A DNA stretch of 32,000 nucleotides from Candidatus Methanoperedens sp. (lineage in GTDB: Archaea; Halobacteriota; Methanosarcinia; Methanosarcinales; Methanoperedenaceae): contig JAPZAR010000022.1 of assembly GCA_027460535.1 (NCBI GenBank), forward strand, positions 60,001 to 92,000, read 5' to 3'. Positions 15,672 through 23,407 of the stretch are shown in pieces; position 1 is the stretch's first letter, and each line of letters opens with the position of its first letter. Made by a program: the position numbers and the translations under genes. Under the pieces are notes generated by a model. It was not told the DNA's origin and did not search any database. It saw only the letters and a list, made by a program, of their open reading frames with translations.

Positions 15672-16640
15672 ATGCTCAAAGAAGAAATCTGGATAGAGAA
15701 GTACCGCCCGAAAAAACTTGACGACATAGTTGGGCAGGAAGAAGTCATAAAACGCCTGAAATCGTATGTCAGATCGAGGAACCTTCCGCATCTTCTTTTT
15801 TCAGGCCCTCCGGGAGTAGGAAAAACCGCGGCCGCCATTTGCGTGGCCAGGGAACTCTTCGGAGAGACCTGGCTCAATAACTTCACCGAGCTGAACGCAA
15901 GCGATGAGCGCGGCATCGACGTTGTCAGGAACAAGATCAAGAACTTTGCAAGAACTGCGCCACTGGGTGAAGCCGATTTCAAGATAATCTTCCTTGACGA
16001 GGCAGATGCGCTTACCTCGGATGCGCAATCTGCCCTTCGAAGGACGATGGAAAAATACACCAGCTCATGTCGTTTTATTCTTTCATGCAACTATTCTTCA
16101 AAAATAATCGAACCCATCCAGTCAAGATGTGCGATATACAGGTTCAAGCCGATCGGAAGCGTGGCAGTTGAGGAGCGAATAAGGCATATAGCCAAGACAG
16201 AAGGAGTGACAATCACAGACGATGGTCTTGAAGCAATAAGATACGTAGCCTCAGGGGACATGAGACGGGCCATCAATGCTCTCCAGGCTGCAGCGATGCT
16301 TGATAAGACCGTAAATATGGATGCGATCTATAAGACCACAGCGACGGCGAAACCGGAAGAAGTAGTGGATTTGATCAAGCTTGGATTGGAAGGCAATTTC
16401 ATGAAAGCGCGGGCAAAGCTGGACTATCTTCTGATCGAGCAGGGGCTTTCCGGTGAGGATATAATAGGGCAGATATACCGCGCCATGTTTGACATGACAG
16501 TCCCGGACAGGTTAAAAGTGGATCTTATTGACTTTATAGGAGAGATTGATTTTAGGATTGCTGAAGGTGCAAACGAACGGATTCAGCTTGAAGCATTGAT
16601 CGCTCATTTTATAATCTGCGGCTCGAATAAAATGGCTTGA
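15672..16640 (+). CDS. rfcS: Replication factor C small subunit (no intein)
   Basis: The product starts MLKEEIWIEKYRPKKLDDIVGQ. It has Walker A GPPGVGKT, the DEAD-type box FLDEADALT and the SRC motif (QSRCAIYRF). The ORF-track start at 15651 is a TTG 7 codons upstream. Confidence 0.93.
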   Translation: MLKEEIWIEKYRPKKLDDIVGQEEVIKRLKSYVRSRNLPHLLFSGPPGVGKTAAAICVARELFGETWLNNFTELNASDERGIDVVRNKIKNFARTAPLGEADFKIIFLDEADALTSDAQSALRRTMEKYTSSCRFILSCNYSSKIIEPIQSRCAIYRFKPIGSVAVEERIRHIAKTEGVTITDDGLEAIRYVASGDMRRAINALQAAAMLDKTVNMDAIYKTTATAKPEEVVDLIKLGLEGNFMKARAKLDYLLIEQGLSGEDIIGQIYRAMFDMTVPDRLKVDLIDFIGEIDFRIAEGANERIQLEALIAHFIICGSNKMA

Positions 16641-16781
16641 ATCTAATATGATAGGGTAATCCTAATAGAAATATGCAGAAATATATTTAAATAAATTTAT
16701 ATACGCTCCTTCAAAACGTTTATCCATTTTGAACACATAATAGAATGTTGAACCGAGAGAAAAATTCTGGTAAATTAAGAG

Positions 16782-17312
16782 ATGTCGCCCATGGGTAAAA
16801 GAACGCGTATTATCAATGAACCGTCAGACCTGGTCCCGCTTCTGCGTGCGTTTGGATCAGATAATCATAAAAAAGTTTTTGATGCATTGCAAACAGATTG
16901 GAAAACCGGGGAGGAGATTGAGACAGAAGTAGGGTTTAATGTTCAGGAAAGCCTTGATGTCCTGAAAAAAAGCGGACTCGTCGAGAGCAAGTGGAGAATG
17001 CCGCAGCCCGGCAAAAAGCCGGAGAAAGAGTATCATTCCTCTTATTCCAGGGTGCAGGTCAATTTTCAGTGCACGGTTGAGGATTTAGGTGACCTGATAA
17101 CCATAACTTTCAAGAGTGACAGTGAAATAAGGAAATATCTTGACACTATCGAAAGGGAAGTGATCGGGGGGAACCAGTCCATGAATGGGCTCCAGAGGGT
17201 GGTAGACAAGAGTATCATGTTTATCCGCGGTGTGGCAAAGCGATCACATGTCCTGACGGTTAAAGGGCAGAGGATTGAACTGGTCGGGGAAGCGAATGAT
17301 ACTGCGGAGTAA
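16782..17312 (+). CDS. Predicted winged-helix (ArsR-like) regulator with an extra C-terminal domain
   Basis: 176 aa. LLRAFGSDNHKKVFDALQTDWKTGEEIETEVGFNVQESLDVLKKSGLVE fits the ArsR-type wHTH pattern. Its end overlaps the next gene by 17 nt. Confidence 0.6.
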   Translation: MSPMGKRTRIINEPSDLVPLLRAFGSDNHKKVFDALQTDWKTGEEIETEVGFNVQESLDVLKKSGLVESKWRMPQPGKKPEKEYHSSYSRVQVNFQCTVEDLGDLITITFKSDSEIRKYLDTIEREVIGGNQSMNGLQRVVDKSIMFIRGVAKRSHVLTVKGQRIELVGEANDTAE

Positions 17313-18072
17313 AAAAGAAAGCACCAAATTCCAGATACTTGTTGAAATATCCGCGCACCAGCCAGATGTCAGACAGAGAGAGATTGCGGAAAAGATCGGC
17401 ATAACCCCCCAGGCAGTCTCAGAATACATCAAAGACCTTCTATCAGAGGGATTTTTATTTTCTGATGGCCGTGTGCGCTATCGGGTAACAAAAAAGGGTG
17501 TGGACTGGGTTCTTGAAAAGGCAATCGAGCTTAAAAAGTATTCCCATTATATCATGGAGGATGTTATCAGTCACATATCTGTCGCGACTGCAATCGCGAG
17601 GGGAAAATTCAATAAGGGTGACAGGGTGGCGCTCTGGATGGAGAACGGTTTACTGTATGCTCGTTCGGGGGATGGTGACGTCACAGGGGGCACTATATCT
17701 GCCGCAGAAGAAGGAGAGGATATCGGCGTCACAGATCTGAAAGGATTGATAAAATTCCCCCCCGTAAGCATAACAATATGTAAAGTGCCAAGGGTGGAAA
17801 GAGGAGGCTCCAGAAGTGTGGATTTAAAGGATCTCAGAAGGCAGGCAAAAGATAAACCTTATATTGCCGCCATCGGGGTCGAGGCGCTGATAGCGCTCAG
17901 AAAGATAAGTATAGAGCCCACTATCCTTTTCGGTGCAAGGGAGTCAGTTGTGGAGGCTGCATTTCATGGTCTGTCTTCGCTTGTGGTCTCGGTGGATGAG
18001 GAAGTTCCCTCGCTGCTTAACAGGCTCGAGGCCGAAGGGTTGAACTATGAGGTTGTGGACCTGAGCAAATAG
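17296..18072 (+). CDS. Archaeal predicted transcriptional regulator (N-terminal wHTH plus a ~170-aa C-terminal domain)
   Basis: Starting at the ATG at 17296 (MILRSKKESTKFQILVEI..). QREIAEKIGITPQAVSEYIKDLLSEGFL is an HTH. The ORF-track start at 17275 adds 7 residues. Confidence 0.65.
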   Translation: MILRSKKESTKFQILVEISAHQPDVRQREIAEKIGITPQAVSEYIKDLLSEGFLFSDGRVRYRVTKKGVDWVLEKAIELKKYSHYIMEDVISHISVATAIARGKFNKGDRVALWMENGLLYARSGDGDVTGGTISAAEEGEDIGVTDLKGLIKFPPVSITICKVPRVERGGSRSVDLKDLRRQAKDKPYIAAIGVEALIALRKISIEPTILFGARESVVEAAFHGLSSLVVSVDEEVPSLLNRLEAEGLNYEVVDLSK

Positions 18073-18118
18073 TTGTGTCCATTAGCTCTTGATAGTCATA
18101 CTAATTCCAATCCGCTGA

Positions 18119-18529
18119 TTATAGTTTTTTATAGATTATCACTTTCAGTTTTTCTATTATTGCCTGAATGTCTTTACTTTTTCTTTCTGGATAATCTTCA
18201 GTAACGAAAAATCCATTGTAAGCAATACGATTTCTTAGGATTCTCAGGTCATCTATGAGTGAGATCTCATGCCCTTTGAATTCTGGATAATTTTTCTCCA
18301 GATATTCTATCAGCTTTTTATGCGCCCCTTCTCCCTGCGTCTTATATCCATCCAGAAGTAAAATGACTGTAATAAGCTCCCGAATGACCTCGTAATATTC
18401 CTTAAGCACGTTGGATGGATATTTCTTGGGATCTATTACGCCTATCATTTCCAGAGTGGTTTCCACCATTTTCAAGATGGATTTTGCCTTTTCTCTGTCA
18501 GGGGCGGTTTTTATGATGCCTTCTTCCAT
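18119..18529 (-). CDS. HEPN-domain protein (partner of the upstream nucleotidyltransferase)
   Basis: 136 aa, all-helical, with DDLRILRNRIAYNG near the C-terminus. Its ATG shares one base with the stop of the MNT gene. G+C is very low. Confidence 0.75.
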   Translation of the reverse strand: MEEGIIKTAPDREKAKSILKMVETTLEMIGVIDPKKYPSNVLKEYYEVIRELITVILLLDGYKTQGEGAHKKLIEYLEKNYPEFKGHEISLIDDLRILRNRIAYNGFFVTEDYPERKSKDIQAIIEKLKVIIYKKL

Positions 18530-19068
18530 CAGAACACCTTCAGGTACCCTTTCAAAATTATCCCATTTATTATGTTGTTTTTCAATTCATTGCTAAGTTC
18601 AACAAAATCTTTGCTAAAGAACAGGCTGATTTTTCTTTTTATTCTTTTCTCGAAATCCTGCAAATCCATTTTTCTTTCTTTGCAGAGCATGTATAAGTCT
18701 ATATCGCTTTCTATTGTATCTTCGCCTCGTGATGCTGAGCCGAACAAAATTATAACGTCAGGCATGCATTTGCTCTCAAGAAACTCTATTAAGCCTGAAT
18801 CTTTTAGGGTCATTATTGTATCTATTTTTTTCAGGAACCTGAATTTTTCACTGTCCAGGTTCGCCCGATAAACAGGATATGCATGTATCCTGTGTTTGGA
18901 TATTATAATCAGTTCTTCATTAACCAGTTCGTTCAGATACCGCTTTACAGAGGTTGTGGCAAGTTTTGTAATTCTGCCAATCTCTCTTAATTGAAATCCT
19001 GCACCTTCCGGATTCGGGTTCTCAAAGAAGACCTTAAGCACTTTCCATTTGTTATATTTTTGTAACAT
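18529..19068 (-). CDS. Minimal nucleotidyltransferase (MNT) with an N-terminal winged-helix domain
   Basis: LFGSASRGEDTIESDIDLYM is the GSx(n)DxD polymerase-beta-type NTase motif. The N-terminal LREIGRITKLATTSVKRYLNELVNEELI is a wHTH. The first ATG is at 19068; the ORF-track start at 19077 is a TTG. Confidence 0.85.
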   Translation of the reverse strand: MLQKYNKWKVLKVFFENPNPEGAGFQLREIGRITKLATTSVKRYLNELVNEELIIISKHRIHAYPVYRANLDSEKFRFLKKIDTIMTLKDSGLIEFLESKCMPDVIILFGSASRGEDTIESDIDLYMLCKERKMDLQDFEKRIKRKISLFFSKDFVELSNELKNNIINGIILKGYLKVF

Positions 19069-19293
19069 ATGTGACAATATTGTAACAACTGTAATATAAA
19101 TGTTTCAGTTTCCTGAATCTTTATATTGGAACCTGCATTGGTAGTTCATGCAAAGGAGGTATACGTGCCCACATTTTAGGAACCACATTGTTATTCTGTT
19201 TTATGATATTCCAAAGGATGCACGAGAACGCCTATCGCCTTCAGTCACTATACCCCGTACTTAATGATACACGGGCTTGTTAGCGTTTTTGGC

Positions 19294-19737
19294 TTATAAA
19301 TCTTTCTCATCAGACGAGCAATTCTGCGTGGAAATATATTTCTCCACAACTTCCCAGCCCTGCCCGACAGAACCGTGATAGCAACCCGGAGCCCAGAGAT
19401 GATCATCGCACCATTCGCGAAGATGCGGGAACTCCTGTCTCAAGAGCCTGCTTGACCGTCCTTTGATCTTCTTGGCGATAAAGCTTACAGAATATTTCGG
19501 AGGATACTGGAAGAACAAATGCACATGGTCAACATTTACAGCAATTTCTATGATTTTGAGACCCATTTCCGCGCATGTTCCCCTTATAATACCCTCTGCG
19601 GCAAAAGCAACTTCGCCAACCAGGATTTTCCCGCGATATTTCGGGGTTATCACAAGGTGATCCGTGAGCAACGATACTGTATGCCTGTCGCGACGAAGCT
19701 CTTTGCTTCCGGCTGTTACATCCATAGCAGGCGTCAT
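19294..19737 (-). CDS. tnpA: IS200/IS605-family Y1 (HUH) transposase TnpA
   Basis: DHLVITPKYRGKIL, the HUH motif HVHLF, GSVG and the C-terminal catalytic-Tyr motif EKYISTQ are all present. The first ATG is at 19737; a TTG at 19752 and an ATG at 19725 are alternatives. There is no adjacent tnpB. Confidence 0.9.
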   Translation of the reverse strand: MTPAMDVTAGSKELRRDRHTVSLLTDHLVITPKYRGKILVGEVAFAAEGIIRGTCAEMGLKIIEIAVNVDHVHLFFQYPPKYSVSFIAKKIKGRSSRLLRQEFPHLREWCDDHLWAPGCYHGSVGQGWEVVEKYISTQNCSSDEKDL

Positions 19738-19806
19738 AACTCCTGTATTCAAAACCTTTTGGTAAGAGTGGAGCGAAAGTGTTCAAATCTCAAAAAATCC
19801 CGCCCT

Positions 19807-19825
19807 CCAGAGGCGTGACCTCTGG
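19807..19825. repeat. Perfect 7-bp-stem hairpin, candidate subterminal TnpA recognition hairpin
   Basis: CCAGAGG-CGTGA-CCTCTGG lies ~70 nt upstream of tnpA. IS200/IS605 ends are known to carry subterminal hairpins. Confidence 0.4.
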
Positions 19826-19943
19826 CGCCTTTATCTGCAATTCCCTACCGTTAATAAGACTAAAAATCTCAAACTTTTATCCGATGGTTTTTTATCTTTT
19901 ATAACCATTATGACTCCTATTCCATTAGTCGGAAGGAGGCTTT

Positions 19944-21209
19944 ATGGAAATTGAATTTGCGCCCCATATTGAAGAGATAAAAAGGGCGCTTGATAATGAA
20001 ATAGACGATGATAGCATATTAGCGGATTTGAAGAAGCTGCTCCAATACAGGGTACCGATAGAGGAAGCCAAGCGCAGCCTTGTCAAGAAATACGGTGGGG
20101 CTGAAAAGAGCATAGTTCGAAAGCTCAAGGATATAGAAATCGGGGACCGAAATATTGAAGTGATCGCTCAGGTGATAGAGATAGCCAAAAAGAATATCAA
20201 TATAAAAGGCGCAGAGAAGACCATATTTTCCGGGATCATTAAGGACGAGACTGCGGCCAGAAGTTTCACTGCATGGCACGATTTTGCCCTGAATGCTGGC
20301 GACGTTATCAATATTACCCAGGCTTATGTCAGGAACTGGCAGGATAGGCCGGAAGTAAATATCGGACCCCGTTCAAAGGTCGCCAAACTCAGCACAGGGA
20401 TTGCGATAACCCAGGAAAGCCAGCAGAAAAAACTCTCGGAATTAAGGGATGGGGAAGTAAACGTCCATACTGTTTTGACAATTTTGAGCATTGAAACTCG
20501 CGAGATTTCTACGAAAGACGGCACCAGGAAAATCCTGAGCGGTATTGGCGCAGATGATGAAACAAAACTTCCATTTACTGCATGGGTAATACTTCCCGAA
20601 CTCGAGGTTGGGAACACAGTTGAGGTTAAGAATGCATATGTTCGCTCTTTCAGGGGACTGCCTACAATTCACATAAATGAAAATAGCGCAGTTACAAAAC
20701 TCGACAAGAAAGTCCAGTATAATAATGAGAAGCAAAAGATCACGATCGGAAATCTTATAGAGAAAGAAGGGGCGTTTGATGTTGTCATCGAGGGGAATAT
20801 CCTTTCTGTAAGACCGGGTTCGGGATTAATAGCCCGTTGTCCTGAATGCTCACGCGTCATCCAGAAAAGCATATGCAGAGTTCACGGCAAAGTGGATGAA
20901 AAAATGGATATGCGGATTAAAGCCATAATTGATGATGGAACGGGCGCACTGACGCTTGTTCTCAATGCTGAACTCACACATCAGATATGCGGTTTTACCA
21001 TTGAACAATCAAAACAAATTGCAAAGGCAGCAATGTCCCAGAACGCAGTCGAAGAAGAAATCAGAAAGAAACTGTTGGGGAAAATGTTAACCGCGAAAGG
21101 CAATATGTCAAAAGGCGAATACGGGATTACGCTTGTGGCGAGCAGTATATGGATGTCACCAGACGTTACAAAAGAAAAAGCAGCAGAGTTGCTGGAAAAG
21201 GCAGGTTGA
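19944..21209 (+). CDS. rpa: Replication protein A (multi-OB-fold ssDNA-binding protein with a zinc finger)
   Basis: 421 aa. It has repeated OB-fold-like segments and the zinc motif CPECSRVIQKSICRVHG. The SD GGAGG lies 7 nt upstream of the ATG. It heads a three-gene operon like the rpa1 operon of Haloferax. Confidence 0.88.
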   Translation: MEIEFAPHIEEIKRALDNEIDDDSILADLKKLLQYRVPIEEAKRSLVKKYGGAEKSIVRKLKDIEIGDRNIEVIAQVIEIAKKNINIKGAEKTIFSGIIKDETAARSFTAWHDFALNAGDVINITQAYVRNWQDRPEVNIGPRSKVAKLSTGIAITQESQQKKLSELRDGEVNVHTVLTILSIETREISTKDGTRKILSGIGADDETKLPFTAWVILPELEVGNTVEVKNAYVRSFRGLPTIHINENSAVTKLDKKVQYNNEKQKITIGNLIEKEGAFDVVIEGNILSVRPGSGLIARCPECSRVIQKSICRVHGKVDEKMDMRIKAIIDDGTGALTLVLNAELTHQICGFTIEQSKQIAKAAMSQNAVEEEIRKKLLGKMLTAKGNMSKGEYGITLVASSIWMSPDVTKEKAAELLEKAG

Positions 21210-21210
21210 C

Positions 21211-22185
21211 ATGGAAAAGATACTCGATAGGGAAGTTGCATGGCGCATCTTTGCATGGGAGTTTAACAGATCGAATCTTCACATGAGCGAAGGTGATGAG
21301 AGGGCGCCGAATTACATAATAACACCTACGGGTGTTAAATGCAACCGGCTTTTTATTATCGGTGTGGTGACTGAAGTGGAAAACATTGGACAGGATAATA
21401 GTCTCTGGAAAGCTCGCATCGCTGACCCTACAGGTGTGTTCACTGCATACGCGGGACAGTACCAGCCGGAAGCCGCTATTTTTCTATCTGAATTAAACGT
21501 TCCGGCCTATGTCGCTGTCGTGGGCAAGGCAAGAAAATATGAACCTGAAGATGGGAGTGTATACACATCGGTAAGGCCTGAAGAAATAAATATTGCGGAT
21601 GAAAATCAAAGGGACAGGTGGGTAATTGATACAGCGGAACGCACGCTTGAGCGCGTAGGGCTCATCAAAGAAGCGATGAACTCGAAACTATCTGGAAATG
21701 AATTGAAAGAATTCTTGATGAAGAAAGGCAATAGCCCGGTTGTTGCGGATGGTATAAGCCGGGCGATTGAACATTATAAAAACCTGGATAGAATTATCGA
21801 AGAACTGAGAACTGCGGTTATCCAGGCCATCAAAGCGGTATCTAACGAAAATAATCAGGAAGATCAGGTCGCAGAGAAAAATCCAGGGGAAAAGGAAAAG
21901 ATAGGGGAAATACCGGAGAGGATAATTGACCTTAAAGGAATAGAATATATCGAAAATAAAGCCACTCCGGAACCCGAAAGAATCGAAAAACCCCCCGAAC
22001 CCAAAGAGATCATTGCAGCCATAATCGATAAACTTGATACCGGCAAGGGAGCAAATTATTCCCAGGTTGTAGAAAAAGCTATGGAGGCAGGTATTGGCGG
22101 TGAAATCGTGGAATCCGGCATCAAAGAGCTTATGGAAGAGGGAAGATGCTATGAGCCGAAGATCGGGGTGCTGCGGAAAGTTTGA
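21211..22185 (+). CDS. rpap: RPA-associated OB-fold protein (Rpap, COG3390-like) with a C-terminal winged-helix-like tail
   Basis: The ATG at 21211 is 1 nt after the rpa stop (product begins MEKILDREVAWRIFAWEFN..). The OB-fold core is LFIIGVVTEVENIG..WKARIADPTG. The ORF-track start at 21133 overlaps rpa and is rejected. Confidence 0.8.
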   Translation: MEKILDREVAWRIFAWEFNRSNLHMSEGDERAPNYIITPTGVKCNRLFIIGVVTEVENIGQDNSLWKARIADPTGVFTAYAGQYQPEAAIFLSELNVPAYVAVVGKARKYEPEDGSVYTSVRPEEINIADENQRDRWVIDTAERTLERVGLIKEAMNSKLSGNELKEFLMKKGNSPVVADGISRAIEHYKNLDRIIEELRTAVIQAIKAVSNENNQEDQVAEKNPGEKEKIGEIPERIIDLKGIEYIENKATPEPERIEKPPEPKEIIAAIIDKLDTGKGANYSQVVEKAMEAGIGGEIVESGIKELMEEGRCYEPKIGVLRKV

Positions 22186-22187
22186 AA

Positions 22188-22997
22188 ATGATAGTTGACC
22201 CGTTATTGAACGAGCCTGCCCTGGTTGTCGAGAATTCCTTTAAGACGCTTAGTATAGCGGACATTCATCTTGGTATAGAGTGGGACCTTTATTACAGCGG
22301 CATCAGTATCCCAAGCCAGATCGAAAAGAGAAAGAAGCGCATCCGGGATTATTTGCAAAAGGTCAGGCCGGACAGGATTGTGCTACTTGGAGATATCAAA
22401 CACAATGTCCCGAAGACATCGTGGCAGGAAAAAGAGGAAGTACCGGGATTTCTTGAGGATCTGGCCTCTTTTGCACCCGTTGACATTGTGCCAGGGAATC
22501 ATGATGGGGATATAGAAAAACTCATTCCGGAGCATGTCACTGTCCGCAGCATGAGGGGTTTCGTGCTTGATAGTGTGGGTTATTTCCACGGTCACACATG
22601 GCCTGATATGGAATTACTTTCAACATCGTATGTTGTAATGTCCCATAATCATCCTGCGATAAGGTTCACTGATTCATTGGGGCATGGAGTATCTGAGCCT
22701 GTATGGATACGCACGCATTTTATGGAAAAGGCGATAAAGGAGCATTATGGAGACCATGTGAAATGGATGGACCCAGAAGTCATCATAATGCCTGCTTTTA
22801 ATGAATTGTGCGGAGGCATACCTTTTAATGAGTCTATCCATGAAGAACTCCTGGGGCCTCTCTTTGCGAACCATGCTATCGGGCTTGAAAAAGCCAGAGC
22901 CTTCCTGCTGGATGGGACCGATCTGGGCACGATAGGAGGTATCAAGAGACTTGGCATCACGAGGATACGCAAAAGATATAAGTCCCGGCAAGGATAA
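22188..22997 (+). CDS. rpe: Calcineurin-like metallophosphoesterase (Rpe-type, RPA operon)
   Basis: Motifs ADIHLG, GDIKHN, GNHDG and HGH are present. The ATG at 22188 is 2 nt after the rpap stop; the TTG at 22182 used by the ORF track overlaps that stop. Confidence 0.85.
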   Translation: MIVDPLLNEPALVVENSFKTLSIADIHLGIEWDLYYSGISIPSQIEKRKKRIRDYLQKVRPDRIVLLGDIKHNVPKTSWQEKEEVPGFLEDLASFAPVDIVPGNHDGDIEKLIPEHVTVRSMRGFVLDSVGYFHGHTWPDMELLSTSYVVMSHNHPAIRFTDSLGHGVSEPVWIRTHFMEKAIKEHYGDHVKWMDPEVIIMPAFNELCGGIPFNESIHEELLGPLFANHAIGLEKARAFLLDGTDLGTIGGIKRLGITRIRKRYKSRQG

Positions 22998-23017
22998 AAT
23001 CTAAAATGGTGAAATGA

Positions 23018-23314
23018 ATGGAAGATGAAATCGACACAATACCACAGGAACCCGATGCATGCGCGACTAAAACTCCTCATGACCATCAATTGATGATACG
23101 GACTCTTGAAAACCCGGTCAGGAGAAAGATAGTAAAATCAATAGGAGCTTTCGGGAAGACAAAAAAGGAAATAATGAAAGAGCTTGGGCTGACAGAGCAG
23201 CAGTTGAAACTGCAGGTTGATTACCTTGTGAAAATGTGTTATGCAGAGGTGGATGGGGAAAATTGCAGGCTTAACGCAAAAGGACTGGATGAGCTGCTGG
23301 CAAATATCAAATAG
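23018..23314 (+). CDS. Small winged-helix (ArsR-like) DNA-binding protein
   Basis: 98 aa. LENPVRRKIVKSIGAFGKTKKEIMKELGLTEQQLKLQVDYLVKMCYAE fits a wHTH pattern. It starts 20 nt after rpe, so it is possibly a fourth gene of the RPA operon. Confidence 0.55.
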   Translation: MEDEIDTIPQEPDACATKTPHDHQLMIRTLENPVRRKIVKSIGAFGKTKKEIMKELGLTEQQLKLQVDYLVKMCYAEVDGENCRLNAKGLDELLANIK

Positions 23315-23407
23315 GCAGGGAAGGGGCAATCCCCTCGCATGGTAAACTTTCGCCCATAGCACTCGCAATCTTTTTATATAAAAACGCGAATTAATACCGG
23401 AGGGACT

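Larger units (their letters stand above)
19250..19830 (-). mobile_element. IS200-type insertion sequence (tnpA only); ends are approximate
   Basis: An intact tnpA is flanked by a strong hairpin upstream (19807-19825) and a weak one downstream (CCCGT 19254-19258 / ACGGG 19271-19275). Exact termini cannot be set from one copy. Confidence 0.4.

Noticed and set aside
21133-21210. Upstream extensions offered by the ORF track (21133 for rpap, 15651 for rfcS, 17275, 27281, 1236 for MC1, 19077 for MNT, 29096, 22182)
   Set aside because: Several use TTG or GTG codons, several overlap the preceding gene or promoter elements, and all add unconserved residues. Downstream ATG starts fit the family N-termini and the gene spacing better.
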